Shown: positions 9,917-20,525, counted from the first letter of the whole stretch. The stretch: 63,521 nucleotides of DNA, filler included, from Methanobacteriota archaeon (GCA_024860865.1; 10 parts of 10 records of this genome joined end to end with filler, not necessarily neighbours in it), one strand, 5' to 3'. Notes: a model not told the origin generated them from the sequence alone. Made by a program: numbers and translations.

Positions 9917-10711
9917 TCACAAAAAGCTAGGCATACATCTTTGGTCTGTGGTTGGATCAAAATTTAAAATTTCTTCCGGTGAAATTGGCAAAACGATTCT
10001 GCTAACATAACCATGCAATGACCAAGGTAATCTAATGAGCCTCGAGCTCCCAGTGGTGACCCAGTAATCAATGTGATAACCCTCATTTTTTATTTCCCAA
10101 GCGAGCTTTTCTCGCTCTATTTTTTTCATTTTTAATGTCTCTTTATCTAAGATATACAAATGCAAACCTCTTCCAGAATAAACTACTTTTATGTTTTTAA
10201 AAAGATATTTTTCTCTTAGCTCATGGTAGAGTTTATCACCTTCTTCAAAGGATAGTTTCATGCAATAATTGCAAAACAACAATCGCTGGCCCTTTCTCAT
10301 TCGATCTTCCAACGTGCCGCAATTTGGGCAAGGGATGTTTTCGGGGTCTATATCAAAGACAATTTCTTGCCCAAGCCAATATCTGCACCTAAAACAATTT
10401 TTAAAAGCTCTTCTACATGCCTCGCACTTTGGGAAATCAGCGTAGAGATTTCTGTCATAATAAACATCTTCTGGCAAATATTTCTGCAACCTTTGTTTGA
10501 GATCATTCATCGATTTTGGCTTAAATATGATAATCTCAGAAATTCTATCAGCATACTCTGGTTTAACTATTTTAGTGTCTTCTCCGAGCTGAACTGCGAA
10601 TGCTGTTTTCTTAAATCTATGAATTAACCATTCTTGAGGTCCAGTCAAATTAAAATCGTGTTCATAGAAAAATTGCCGCTCTACTAAAGAAGCAAATCGA
10701 AAGGGCTTCAT
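9917..10711 (-). CDS. Divergent archaeo-eukaryotic primase small-subunit (PriS-like) protein
   Basis: QEIVFDID (motif I), YSGRGLH (motif II), RLIRLPWSLH; two Cys clusters. Confidence 0.8.
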   Translation of the reverse strand: MKPFRFASLVERQFFYEHDFNLTGPQEWLIHRFKKTAFAVQLGEDTKIVKPEYADRISEIIIFKPKSMNDLKQRLQKYLPEDVYYDRNLYADFPKCEACRRAFKNCFRCRYWLGQEIVFDIDPENIPCPNCGTLEDRMRKGQRLLFCNYCMKLSFEEGDKLYHELREKYLFKNIKVVYSGRGLHLYILDKETLKMKKIEREKLAWEIKNEGYHIDYWVTTGSSRLIRLPWSLHGYVSRIVLPISPEEILNFDPTTDQRCMPSFL

Positions 10712-10822
10712 AAAAATCCTAAAAAAATTAAATACTATAGTAGTTCTAAAAATTTTTAAAATTAAAATAGATTTTAATTTCAATTATAGAATTAATTTAT
10801 GAAATTCTAGAAATCCAATAAA

Positions 10823-11254
10823 TTAAAATGTTTTCAATTTCTCAAGTATTATTGCTGGACAAACCTTTTTTACACCACTAATTCTACCAATTTTGCCAGA
10901 TAAAATCTTAGAAAGCTCTTTTCCATCTTTGCACCAAATTTCTGCCATAATCATATGATCCCCGGTAGATGTAGCTACATACTTCGCATCTGGAAGTTCT
11001 GATAATTTTTGAGCTACTTCTAAAAGATTTGCAGGTTCGGTATCTACGCCGACGATAGCTACCGAATTAATACCGATCCTTGAAGGTTCTATAACAACTG
11101 AAAATTTCTTTATAACGCCGTGATTTTGAAGACCGTGAACCCTTTTTCTAATTGTAGATTCATTTAATTTTAAAGCCGTTGCAATTTCAGAGTACGAAGC
11201 TCTACCATCCTTTTCTAAAATTTCTAATATCTTCATATCAAGCTCGTCTACCAT
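10823..11254 (-). CDS. Lrp/AsnC regulator, Ptr2/LrpA-like
   Basis: DGRASYSEIA..ESTIRKRV HTH; STGDHMIM; VCPAIILE. Confidence 0.9.
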   Translation of the reverse strand: MVDELDMKILEILEKDGRASYSEIATALKLNESTIRKRVHGLQNHGVIKKFSVVIEPSRIGINSVAIVGVDTEPANLLEVAQKLSELPDAKYVATSTGDHMIMAEIWCKDGKELSKILSGKIGRISGVKKVCPAIILEKLKTF

Positions 11255-11292
11255 AGTTGCATCACTTTTTAGGAATGAAACTTTTCTATTTA

Positions 11293-11305
11293 TACGATTT
11301 TCGTA
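11293..11305. promoter_or_regulatory. Ptr2-type palindromic operator TACGATTTTCGTA
   Basis: Core ACGATTTTCGT matches the Methanocaldococcus Ptr2 consensus as I recall it (GGACGATTTTCGTCC); lies between the lrp and rubrerythrin genes. Confidence 0.65.
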
Positions 11306-11397
11306 CGTTAATTTTATATTTTAATATTTTTATTACTTATTCAGTACAATATATTTAACATTTCGGACAAAATTTTAAAGATTTCGGTACAGGAGGT

Positions 11398-11728
11398 TTG
11401 AAAATGGTGGAGTTAGTGTATGAGAGCAAAATAGGCGTTTCTAAAGGTACACCTGTGGAAGAGCATGTAAAGCATAATTTTACAGGAGAGACTAGTGAAG
11501 TTGGGCTCTACTTGGCTATATCAAGGCAAGCCCTAAGGGAAGGCTATCCAGAAGTAGCTATTGCCTTACAAGCTATTGCCATGGATGAAGCTTGGCATGC
11601 TGCGAGATTCGCTGAACTCAACGGCTTGATATCCACAAACACCAAGGAGAACTTAGAAAGAATGCTCAGAGGAGAACAGGGTGCAAACAAAGGAAAAAGG
11701 GAAGCAGCGGTTAAGGCAAAGGAAAGCG
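11398..11728 (+). CDS. Rubrerythrin/ferritin-like protein, partial
   Basis: FTGETSEVGLY, REGYPEVA, DEAWHA diiron motifs; cut by spacer. Confidence 0.85.
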
Positions 11729-11828
11729 NNNNNNNNNNNNNNNNNNNNNNNNNNNNNNNNNNNNNNNNNNNNTTAATTAATTAANNNNNNNNNNNNNNNN
11801 NNNNNNNNNNNNNNNNNNNNNNNNNNNN

Positions 11829-12625
11829 AGGGGTTTAGTTAATTTTACGTGGTTTGCATTCTCTAATTGCTTCTTTAATCCAAATTTGTTTAAGCGCTCT
11901 TCAGTTCTAGGGTGGACTGGGAATACGATTAGAAATTTATTTAATGAAACTAATGCTTTAACGATATTTTTTAATCTAATTGGATCGTCAACGCTTTCAG
12001 CACGGTGAACTGTAACAGCAATATAATTTTTCCCAATTAAATTTAGTTTGGTCAGAATATTTGAACTATCGGCTTTTTTAATGTACTGCTTAACTGCATC
12101 TACAATAGTATTGCCAGTAACAAAAATCTTCGGAGGATCAATTGTTTCATTCACTAAATTTAATGCTGCTATTTCAGTTGGAGCAAATAAAAATTCAGAA
12201 ATATGATCAACTAAAATTCGGTTAACTTCTTCAGGCATGTTCTTATCAAATGACCTTAATCCAGCTTCAACATGTGCGCATGGAATATGAAGCTTAGTGG
12301 CGGCTAGAGCTCCGGCGGTCGTACTGTTAGTGTCTCCTTCAACGATCATAACATTGGGCTTAATTTTTTCAATAGTCTTTTCCAATCTAATTAAGGATTC
12401 AGCCAACTGATATGCTTGTGAGCCTGATCCTACTTCAAGATTGAAATCTGGTTTGGGTAAATCTAGATCTTCAATGAACTGTTGAAAGAGCTCTAAATCA
12501 TAATGTTGGCCAGTAGCTATGAATGTTACCTTTGCTCCCTGATTTTTGAGTTCATTCATAACTGGAGCAAGTTTAATTAATTCAGGCCTAGTGCTTGCAC
12601 AAACCGCTGCATGCAATTTGGTCAC
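11829..12625 (-). CDS. wecB: UDP-GlcNAc 2-epimerase, 3' end missing
   Basis: TRPELIKLAP, TGQHYD, GDTNST, HVEAGLRSFD. Confidence 0.93.
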
Positions 12626-12954
12626 GCTAGTGAATTAGTACTGGTACGAGCTAGCGCTTCAGTCGGTGTAGGGATTTTTGGTCTAATTCTAAGCCGGTAT
12701 ACAATAAAAAATAGGGCAGTTAAGCCACCTATTGTCGTAATTGTTGTGGCAGTATTTATTCCAACTGTTTTCGTTAGAACATACCCAAAAGCTAAAATTA
12801 AAATTAAGCTAAATCCAAATCCAACTAATACTCGCTCTTCAACATCAAATTCTTCCTTTTTTGGAAATAGTGCAAGCGTCAAAAAATATCCTGGAATTCC
12901 AAAGAGCAAAAACAAAACTAAAATTCCAAGCAAAGGATTAGAGCTAATCGGCAT
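12622..12954 (-). CDS. DUF1616-like membrane protein
   Basis: LFGIPGYFLTLALFPKKEEFDVEER; three TM segments. Confidence 0.7.
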   Translation of the reverse strand: MPISSNPLLGILVLFLLFGIPGYFLTLALFPKKEEFDVEERVLVGFGFSLILILAFGYVLTKTVGINTATTITTIGGLTALFFIVYRLRIRPKIPTPTEALARTSTNSLA

Positions 12955-13011
12955 TTTTTCACCAAAATTTTTATGCTTAGATTTTTTCTTTCGTTTAAAG
13001 CATTTAACTCA

Positions 13012-13428
13012 TTAACTTTCTACTCGAGTTATTCTAAGATTATCAAAATATTTATCAAAAGAGTATATGTCAGTAATGTCCTTCTTAGCCATTGTAAGGT
13101 ATGCAATAGCATCATTTATGCTTATGTGATTTACTTTAGCTTGAGTAGCAGCGAGCAAGTAGTCATCATATGAAACTGCTTCAACTTTAATATTTCTTTT
13201 TCTTAGCAAGTTCTCGAGAAATTCAATCGAATACATTAAGCCCACAGCATCTTCTAACACATTGGCAATTTCTGAAAGATGCGTTGTTGATGTTACAACT
13301 TCTTCGCCTTTATTTATTCTTTTGTAAATTCTTTTTGCTTTACTTTTTCTCTCTTTCTCTTGCTCAGTAAGCTGTCTTTTTGGTTTAAGAATGGCATAAA
13401 GGAATACATTGGCATCAACAAATCTCAT
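13012..13428 (-). CDS. vapC: VapC PIN-domain toxin
   Basis: FVDANVFLY, INDA, IYSFDKYFD. Confidence 0.9.
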   Translation of the reverse strand: MRFVDANVFLYAILKPKRQLTEQEKERKSKAKRIYKRINKGEEVVTSTTHLSEIANVLEDAVGLMYSIEFLENLLRKRNIKVEAVSYDDYLLAATQAKVNHISINDAIAYLTMAKKDITDIYSFDKYFDNLRITRVES

Positions 13429-13667
13429 TTTGCATGCTTCCTCAATTCGTGTCTTAGCTCATGATAATTAAGAAATTTTCCCTCAGCTATCTCTACCTCG
13501 GCCGAGTCCAGAAAAAGCTCTAGATCCGAGTCGGGTGGGATTATCTCTACCCTATCGGGCAATGAAATGCAAACCTCTTTTTTCCCTTTTAAGGCCTCTT
13601 TTCGCCACTTAGGCGGCAGAATCACCCTTCCTTGAGGATCTATTTTTCCAATCTCCACTTTTGGCAT
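13425..13667 (-). CDS. AbrB/MazE-type antitoxin
   Basis: KIDPQGRVILP; overlaps vapC start. Confidence 0.85.
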   Translation of the reverse strand: MPKVEIGKIDPQGRVILPPKWRKEALKGKKEVCISLPDRVEIIPPDSDLELFLDSAEVEIAEGKFLNYHELRHELRKHAK

Positions 13668-14183
13668 AAAATTACCAAAAATTTAATTGATTTACCAATA
13701 ATTTATAGTTTGCTTTCGAGTGTTATGTCGCAGGTGGCTAATTAACGAATTTGATTTTGATAGATTTTTGGAGTTATACAAGCATGGAAAAGTCATCAAA
13801 AAAGTCATCCAATCTAACAAGCATTGAAAGCTTAGTCAACCATAGCACTGTCACCACTTTAATTTAATTTACTAATATCTACATTTTCGTTCACAATGAT
13901 TTAAGCGTTGGAAGCACTTTAGGGGTTCTGGCATTTTCATTTAGCGATTTGATTTTTTGAATGATAATGATAACTTATTCACCACAAAACACTGCAACAA
14001 TCCGACTCATTCAAAAACAATGTATTTTGGGGATTTTTGACTTACGCGCCAATTTATAAAAAAATCAGCCATAGGCTTTGCCAATTTGATTTTTAATAAA
14101 ATTCTGAAAAAATTTATCAATTAAGATAAATGTTAAAAAAATTTACCACAGCTTTCCTAATAAATAGCATTAAATAAATTAAA

Positions 14184-14534
14184 TTAGGCTTTTTCAGCTA
14201 TCTTAGCCACTTGAATGATTTGAGTTTCTATTGATTTAGTTTCTTGTGTATATTTTGCAACTAGTTGTAATTCAAATTGTTTCCAAGCTAAAAGCACTTT
14301 CGAGGATTTGTTAATTTTATAGAGCTGAGCAGGTCCCACTTTTTTAGTTGGGATCAAAAGCTCTAATTTTTCTATTAGCGGCCATATTTCCATCAATGTT
14401 GTACGGCTAATCTCAGCTCCTTCTGCAATTTCTTTCTTTGTAACTTCAAACTCTAAGTTCATAAAAGTCGCAAAGTAGTTAAGAACTTTAACCGTGGCTG
14501 TGTTCAGAACTTTTGCAGAAATCAGCTCCTCCAT
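14184..14534 (-). CDS. Winged-helix DNA-binding protein
   Basis: TKKEIAEGAEISRTTL HTH; KVGPAQLYKIN wing. Confidence 0.75.
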   Translation of the reverse strand: MEELISAKVLNTATVKVLNYFATFMNLEFEVTKKEIAEGAEISRTTLMEIWPLIEKLELLIPTKKVGPAQLYKINKSSKVLLAWKQFELQLVAKYTQETKSIETQIIQVAKIAEKA

Positions 14535-14647
14535 CTAATCGCCAAAATAAACAATGATTTGACTTATATTTAAAAGTGTTCTATTTTTGGACACAGGAAA
14601 TCATATTTCATAAGCTACATAAAATTTATAGAACACTAGTGTTAACT

Positions 14648-14866
14648 ATGCCTGATGTAAAAATTACTGAAATGCATCTACCTAAGTGCGAACCTGAACA
14701 TAAAATACTTCGAGGAATTTCTGGATATCTTTGGGATAACGCTGGAGAAGCGCTAAAAGAGTTAATAAAACTAGGGCATGCGAAGAGCGAAATCAAAGCC
14801 GGTGTAAAACATTATTGGTTAAACCATGAGAAGATTCATGAAGGCGATAGTTTATTGGGTTTTTGA
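14648..14866 (+). CDS. Small hypothetical protein divergent from the wHTH gene
   Basis: 72-aa ORF; EALKELIKLG..HYWLN. Confidence 0.5.
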   Translation: MPDVKITEMHLPKCEPEHKILRGISGYLWDNAGEALKELIKLGHAKSEIKAGVKHYWLNHEKIHEGDSLLGF

Positions 14867-14886
14867 ATAAATAAAGCAGTGATCCT

Positions 14887-15996
14887 ATGCTTTACGAGAT
14901 TCTCCTTATGTCAGCCTCATTTGGTATTGCTTTTCTTTCTGCCTTATTCCTAACTAGACTTTTAATCTCAGCCTTATCTGAAGCAGGTTTTGTTTCACAG
15001 GATACAAATAAAATTGGTTATACAAGAATCCCTGAAAGTGGCGGCATCGCAATTGTTTTAGGCGTCTCTTCAGGCCTTTTATTTGCTGTTTCATTGTATG
15101 ATGAGTTTAGACTCACGCTAACAGCTGTTCTTGCCACAGTCTTGTTTTTAGGTTTTATTGGTTTACTAGATGATTTTATTGGGCTTTCACAAGCAAAGAA
15201 AATTATTTTAGTCGCATTTACAGGACTCCCACTTGTAGCTGCTCATGCCGGCGGTATGGTTACTGAAATCCAATCCCTGCTTTTGAATATTCCAACTATT
15301 AAACTAATTTCTGAAGCTTTAGTTTTTATACTTGCAGGAGTAAGTTGTTTTTACTTTATTAAAAAGAGGCCAGTGCTTGGAATTATTTTTGCATTGCTAT
15401 CAGCTTCTACTATTGCTTTCACAAGTTACATTAGCTTATATTGGGTGTTAATCCCAATTGGAGTTACTGCAGCTGCAAATGCGACAAACATGCTAGCTGG
15501 TTTTAATGGACTGGAGAGTGGGCTAGGAGCAATTTGTGCTTTTTTTGTGATGGTTGATGCGATTATACTTGCTAGATATGATGCTGCTATTGTGAGTGCT
15601 GCTTTATTCGGGACTTGCCTTGCTTTTCTTAAGTATAATAATTTTCCAGCAAAAGTTTTCCCAGGGGATGTTGGCACTTTAGCTATTGGAGGAACTATTG
15701 CAGCGGCTTCTGTGATCGGTCACTTTGAGATTGTTGCGATGATTGCAATTGCTCCTGCTTTATTCGAGTTTATTTTAAAAGTAAGCGTTGGATTTAGAAA
15801 AGACCCTTCTATTAGAACTGTCCCAAAATTAGAAGGCAGTAGAGTTGTTTTAATCCCACCTAAAGGAATGCCTTCAATCTCTCACATTATACTTAACAGA
15901 AGAAAAATGACTGAACCTGAGCTGGTAAAAAACATCTGGCTATTAGGCATAATTAGTGGGATTTTCTCCATCGTTTATTTACTGCTGAGATATTAA
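14887..15996 (+). CDS. aglH: UDP-GlcNAc:dolichol-phosphate GlcNAc-1-P transferase (MraY/GPT family)
   Basis: IPESGG, GLLDD, NATNMLAGFNGLE, PAKVFPGDVG. Confidence 0.85.
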   Translation: MLYEILLMSASFGIAFLSALFLTRLLISALSEAGFVSQDTNKIGYTRIPESGGIAIVLGVSSGLLFAVSLYDEFRLTLTAVLATVLFLGFIGLLDDFIGLSQAKKIILVAFTGLPLVAAHAGGMVTEIQSLLLNIPTIKLISEALVFILAGVSCFYFIKKRPVLGIIFALLSASTIAFTSYISLYWVLIPIGVTAAANATNMLAGFNGLESGLGAICAFFVMVDAIILARYDAAIVSAALFGTCLAFLKYNNFPAKVFPGDVGTLAIGGTIAAASVIGHFEIVAMIAIAPALFEFILKVSVGFRKDPSIRTVPKLEGSRVVLIPPKGMPSISHIILNRRKMTEPELVKNIWLLGIISGIFSIVYLLLRY

Positions 15997-16041
15997 CTAG
16001 CTTTACAAGGCATTCAAGATCAAATATATTTTAGTGATTTA

Positions 16042-16338
16042 ATGGGCATATCAATTATAATTCCAACTTATAATGAACGGGAAAATATCGCTCGATTGAT
16101 ACCGTTGATCCAAGAAGTATTTAATGATTCTAACATTAAGGGAGAGATAATCATAGTTGATGACAACAGTCCTGATAAAACAGGAAACTTAGCCGAGGAG
16201 TTTGCAAAAACTTATGGGAATATAAGGGTAATTCACCGTAAGGAAAAACTTGGTTTAGGCAGCGCATATAAGGCCGGATTTAAAGAAGCAAAAGGCAAAA
16301 TTGTGTTTGAGATGGATGCCGATCATTCTCATGATCCC
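16042..16338 (+). CDS. GT2 dolichol-phosphate glycosyltransferase, partial
   Basis: SIIIPTYNE, VDDNSPD, MDADHSHDP. Confidence 0.88.
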
Positions 16339-16439
16339 NNNNNNNNNNNNNNNNNNNNNNNNNNNNNNNNNNNNNNNNNNNNTTAATTAATTAANNNNNN
16401 NNNNNNNNNNNNNNNNNNNNNNNNNNNNNNNNNNNNNNA

Positions 16440-16682
16440 GGAGCATTTGGCAACTACTTAGATATTGAAAATGCAAAACTCATTGGATTGATTCCAAAAA
16501 TTGAAACACGAAGAATTAAATTTATTGGAAATGCTGCTGGATTTGGCGCTAGAATAGCATTAATTTCGCGCGAGAGCCGAAGAATTATAGAAAATATTCC
16601 TAAAAAGATTCAGTGTATAGAGTTAGCTGCAGATCCTAATTTTGGGAAGGTTTTTACATCAGCATTAAATTTTCCAACATAA
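16440..16682 (+). CDS. C-terminal part of an ASKHA-type corrinoid reductive activator (RACo-like)
   Basis: GAFGNYLDIENAKLIGLIP...GNAAGFGA...IELA; 5' end lost at spacer. Confidence 0.8.
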   Translation, partial: GAFGNYLDIENAKLIGLIPKIETRRIKFIGNAAGFGARIALISRESRRIIENIPKKIQCIELAADPNFGKVFTSALNFPT

Positions 16683-16933
16683 AATGAGAAATATCTTTAG
16701 AATCAAGCCGAGTGGCTTTTTTGTTAAATAACACAACAGCCAAAAAGAGATTTTTCATTGCTTTGAATCTATATCTAGCTAATTTCTATGACTTAAGTCA
16801 AGGAACATAGAGAAACTTCTTGAAGAATGTATTAGAATTAAAAGGATCGTAATGATTTTGTGAAGATTTAAAAAATTTTGTAGCTATGGCTAAAAGCTAA
16901 AAGCAAAAAGTCTATTAAAAGCAAAAAATTTGC

Positions 16934-17293
16934 TTAACTTTCCTCTTTTACCTCTTCAGCCATTTTCTCCTCTAACTCTTCTTCCTCTTCAAGCTCTTCC
17001 TCATCTACTTCAAGGTCAGTGAAGCCCAGTTCCTTGAGTTCTTTTTTCGCCTCTTTTTTCGAAACTTCCTTTTCAAGCATTATATCGTAAAGGCCTCCAT
17101 AAGCTGTCCAACCCGCCTTTAGTAAACCTCTTAAGATTTTTGCAGATTCCTTAAGCCGCTCATTTAGTTCTCCACCAAGACTAACCAAGCTATCTGCAAA
17201 CTCTAGTTTAAGTTCCTCTCCCTCGAGTTTTTTAAGTTCCCAAGCTGGCTTTCCAAATAGCCACAGGGTTATTCTACTAATCTTTTGTACCAT
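16934..17293 (-). CDS. Hypothetical protein with poly-Glu C-terminus
   Basis: GAGGTGA RBS; WLFGKPAWE; acidic tail. Confidence 0.75.
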   Translation of the reverse strand: MVQKISRITLWLFGKPAWELKKLEGEELKLEFADSLVSLGGELNERLKESAKILRGLLKAGWTAYGGLYDIMLEKEVSKKEAKKELKELGFTDLEVDEEELEEEEELEEKMAEEVKEES

Positions 17294-17369
17294 TAAATCA
17301 CCTCTTTTTTACTTGCCGAGTAACAATTTATTGGAGTAAAGTTTTCGATCCAATTTCAAAGTTTTGTAA

Positions 17370-17630
17370 TTATTTTTGGTGTAAACTAATTGTTACACTC
17401 AGATAGATTTTTCGGGCTAAAATAGAAATCAAACTCCTTAATAAAGGTTTGCTTTCATCTCTCATCCTTTGAAGCCTTGCTTTTCAAATGCCCTCTACTT
17501 TTTCTTAACCATTTCAGCCAGGTTATTTGTGCCTGGAACATTTCAAAATCTAAGTAGTGATTTGCCCCCAATGATTTTTTATGAGCTCTATTATCTTTTG
17601 AAAAGACTTTGGATATCTTTTTTCATAGGA
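17370..17630 (-). pseudogene. Degraded DDE transposase C-terminal remnant
   Basis: Frame-broken YPKSFQKIIELIKNHWGQITT / NVPGTNNLAE / KARLQRMR; PxTNNxxE motif; boundaries approximate. Confidence 0.5.
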
Positions 17631-17738
17631 AAAACAAAGAATACAAAGAAAAAACTTAAAAAATAGAATAGAATTTCCTTCTGAATTATTATAAGGCTCC
17701 CCATACGTGCCGGGGAGAATCAAAAAAGAATCCGCCTC

Positions 17739-18890
17739 CTACATAAAAAGTATGCTATTTTTTTCTACTTCTAAAATTTTGGAAAAGATCTTATCCTTTA
17801 ATCTAAAAGAAACAAAATCTTTTTTTATGTATTCGGAAAAGATTGGCAACCTCTCTTTTAATTGGAAACCAAGTTTATTAATTCTTTTCTCTAGTTCGAA
17901 AATAATTGGCCATCCAGCTTCTGGATTAATGTAATCCTTTGTAATTGGAGAAATTCCACCCAAATCATTTGCACCTGCCAATAAAAATGTCTCAATTGCA
18001 TCATATGCTAAATTGGGCGGCACCTGAATATTTTTTACAGGTAAAATCAATCTAGCAAGTGCTACTGTTTTTGCCATCTCCTCAACAGATGGCTCAGGCC
18101 AATTTTCCATGGGGGTATTTGGCTTAGGTTTAAAGTTTTGGATAATTATCTCTTGAATATGCCCATATTTTTGATCTAGCTCTTTTATCGCAAATAACGA
18201 ATCTACTCTATCTTTAAATGTCTCCCCAATTCCAATCAATAGCCCAGTCGTAAAAGGAATCTTCAACTCACCAGCGGATTTTATTGTATCCAATCTTGCT
18301 GCTGGGTGTTTTCCAGGGCTGAACTCATGGGCTTCAACTTCACCAGTAGTTTCGAGCATTAATCCCATGCTTGCATTTACATCTTTTAATTTTTTGAGTT
18401 CGGCCTTTGATAATACTCCTGGGTTAGAATGAGGCAAAAGCCCTGTTGACTCGATAACTCGCTTGCACAACTCATGCAAATAATCAATCATGTTCTCATA
18501 ACCAAGTTGCATTAAAAAAGATCGCACTTCTGGATACGAATCAGCTTTTTCTCCAAAAGTAAATAAAGCCTCAATGCAGCCTGAGGTTTGGCCTAAATTA
18601 GCTATCTTAAGAACTTCTTCCGGACTCAAAATTTTTGCTTCTGGGCTACTCAGGTCCCTCCTAAACCCACAATATTTGCACCGATTTCTACATATGTTTG
18701 TCAATGGAATGAAAACATTTTTTGAAAAAGTAACAACTTTGCCTTTATTATGAATTCTCAAAGAATTTGCTAACTTAATTAATTTTTTTAATGTTGCAAG
18801 GTCGCTATTCTCTGCTAAAAAATAAGCTTCTCTTTTAGTTATTCCGTTATTATCGATTTTTTCTAAAATCTTATTTGAAACTTTTTCCAT
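17739..18890 (-). CDS. cofG: FO synthase subunit CofG (radical SAM)
   Basis: VTFSKNVFIPLTNICRNRCKYCGF, NASMGLMLE, IPFTTGLLIGIGE, INPEAGWP. Confidence 0.93.
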   Translation of the reverse strand: MEKVSNKILEKIDNNGITKREAYFLAENSDLATLKKLIKLANSLRIHNKGKVVTFSKNVFIPLTNICRNRCKYCGFRRDLSSPEAKILSPEEVLKIANLGQTSGCIEALFTFGEKADSYPEVRSFLMQLGYENMIDYLHELCKRVIESTGLLPHSNPGVLSKAELKKLKDVNASMGLMLETTGEVEAHEFSPGKHPAARLDTIKSAGELKIPFTTGLLIGIGETFKDRVDSLFAIKELDQKYGHIQEIIIQNFKPKPNTPMENWPEPSVEEMAKTVALARLILPVKNIQVPPNLAYDAIETFLLAGANDLGGISPITKDYINPEAGWPIIFELEKRINKLGFQLKERLPIFSEYIKKDFVSFRLKDKIFSKILEVEKNSILFM

Positions 18891-18980
18891 AAAACCACTT
18901 TTTAACCCAAACTTTTTATAGCCTGCCTTAATTATAAAAATTAATAACTTGATAACTATCATTAAATGAAGCTGATAATA

Positions 18981-19871
18981 ATGGAGACCTCTAATGCAAA
19001 GAAAAAAGCGTATGCTTGCTATCAGTGCGGTGTTTGCACTGGCATATGCCCTATGGCAAGGCTTACAGAGGAATTCAAACCACGCCTGATAGTTCAAGAT
19101 TTTCAGTCTAACCAAACGGAGGACATATTAAAAAAAAATTCCCTTTGGCTCTGCGCTGCCTGCTATTGCTGTTATGAGAACTGCCCACAAATGATAAACG
19201 TTACCGACATAATAGCAGATTTGAAGGGTGAGGCCGTAAAGTACGGCAACGTGCCGCTAAAGGTAAACGAGGATAAATGCATTGGATGCGCAAACTGCGA
19301 ATACGTCTGCCCATATGGGGCTATTAAAGTGGATGTTCACGATTCTAAATCTAAAAGCAATCCAGAACTTTGTATAAGCTGCGGCTCTTGTGCTGCCGAA
19401 TGTCCAGCAATCGCAATTGCCATGCAGAACTTTGCAGACCAGCAAATGAAAAGCGCGATAGAAAAAACTATTTCTTCTTTTGGGAAGGGAGAGCTAAGGA
19501 TAGTTTCATTTTTGTGCAACTGGAGTGCTTACGCGGGAGCTGATTCTACAACCTCCTCGAGGTCAATCCGGGTTATGTGCACTGGGAGAATCGACTCACT
19601 TTTCATCTATCACGCATTTCTATCAGGTGCTGATGGCGTGCTGATAGGCGCCTGTAATCGCGGAGACTGTTACTACGCCTCTGGCAATATAAACGCTGAA
19701 AAAAGAATAAACAAAATTAAAAAACAACTTGGGGATATAGGAGTCGAGCCCGAAAGATTGAGGTTTAAGTGGATTTCTAGAAGTGAAAAGCAAAAATTTG
19801 CAGACGTTATCACAGACTTTACTGAAAAATTGAAAAAACTCGGCCCAAGCCCGCTCAGGAAGATGAGATAA
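18981..19871 (+). CDS. HdrC-like / 2x[4Fe-4S] ferredoxin / MvhD fusion protein
   Basis: CYQCGVCTGICP and WLCAACYCCYENCP (HdrC); two CxxCxxCxxxCP; CNW, MCTGR, GACNRGDC (MvhD). Confidence 0.88.
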   Translation: METSNAKKKAYACYQCGVCTGICPMARLTEEFKPRLIVQDFQSNQTEDILKKNSLWLCAACYCCYENCPQMINVTDIIADLKGEAVKYGNVPLKVNEDKCIGCANCEYVCPYGAIKVDVHDSKSKSNPELCISCGSCAAECPAIAIAMQNFADQQMKSAIEKTISSFGKGELRIVSFLCNWSAYAGADSTTSSRSIRVMCTGRIDSLFIYHAFLSGADGVLIGACNRGDCYYASGNINAEKRINKIKKQLGDIGVEPERLRFKWISRSEKQKFADVITDFTEKLKKLGPSPLRKMR

Positions 19872-20525
19872 ATGATCGTTGTTGAAAGAAAAAATATTAA
19901 CGATATATTGGAAAACCTGAAAGGATTTAAAAAAATTTTGCTTGTAGGCTGTAACGGATGTGTTGGGATTTATCAGCTAGGCGGAGAAAAGCAGGCTATA
20001 GAATTAGCTATGCTCATTAATATGGGCAACAAACTAAAAGATAAAAAAATTGATACAAAGGCCATAACAGTTATAAGGCAGTGCGATAAACAAATTGTAA
20101 AAGAAGAACTTGGGCCTATAATAACTGATTGCGATATTATTCTTTCTCTTGCCTGTGGAGCAGGCGTGCAAACAGTTGCGGAAGTATTTGAAAATATACC
20201 TGTTATCCCTGCAAACGATACAAAATTCATAGGTGCTCAAGCAAGGGAGAAGGGTACGTTGTTTGAAATGTGCATTGCTTGCGGAAATTGCATCCTTGAT
20301 AAAACAGGCGGAATATGCCCAGTAACTCGCTGCCCCAAGAGCCACTTAAATGGTCCATGTGGAGGAGTTTACAAAGGGAAATGCGAAACGGATAAGGAAA
20401 GAGATTGCGCATGGTTACTCATATACAATAAACTAAAATTATCAGGTAAATTAGAATCGATGAAAAAAATTGCATCTCCAAAAGATTTTACAAAGGCAGC
20501 ACATCCTAGAAAGCAGGAGGTTTAA
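19872..20525 (+). CDS. metV: Methylene-THF reductase small subunit MetV
   Basis: CIACGNC, GICPVTRCPKSHLNGPCGG, DCAW. Confidence 0.88.
   Translation: MIVVERKNINDILENLKGFKKILLVGCNGCVGIYQLGGEKQAIELAMLINMGNKLKDKKIDTKAITVIRQCDKQIVKEELGPIITDCDIILSLACGAGVQTVAEVFENIPVIPANDTKFIGAQAREKGTLFEMCIACGNCILDKTGGICPVTRCPKSHLNGPCGGVYKGKCETDKERDCAWLLIYNKLKLSGKLESMKKIASPKDFTKAAHPRKQEV

Noticed and set aside
13700-14180. Long intergenic region with AAAAGTCATC x2 and GATTTT motifs
   Set aside because: No consistent period, ORF or convincing structure.
18891-19115. Long N-terminal extension of cofG overlapping the hdrC fusion
   Set aside because: ORF-caller artefact; realistic start is 18890. Similar over-extensions at 26699, 27234, 39933, 43081 and 62133.
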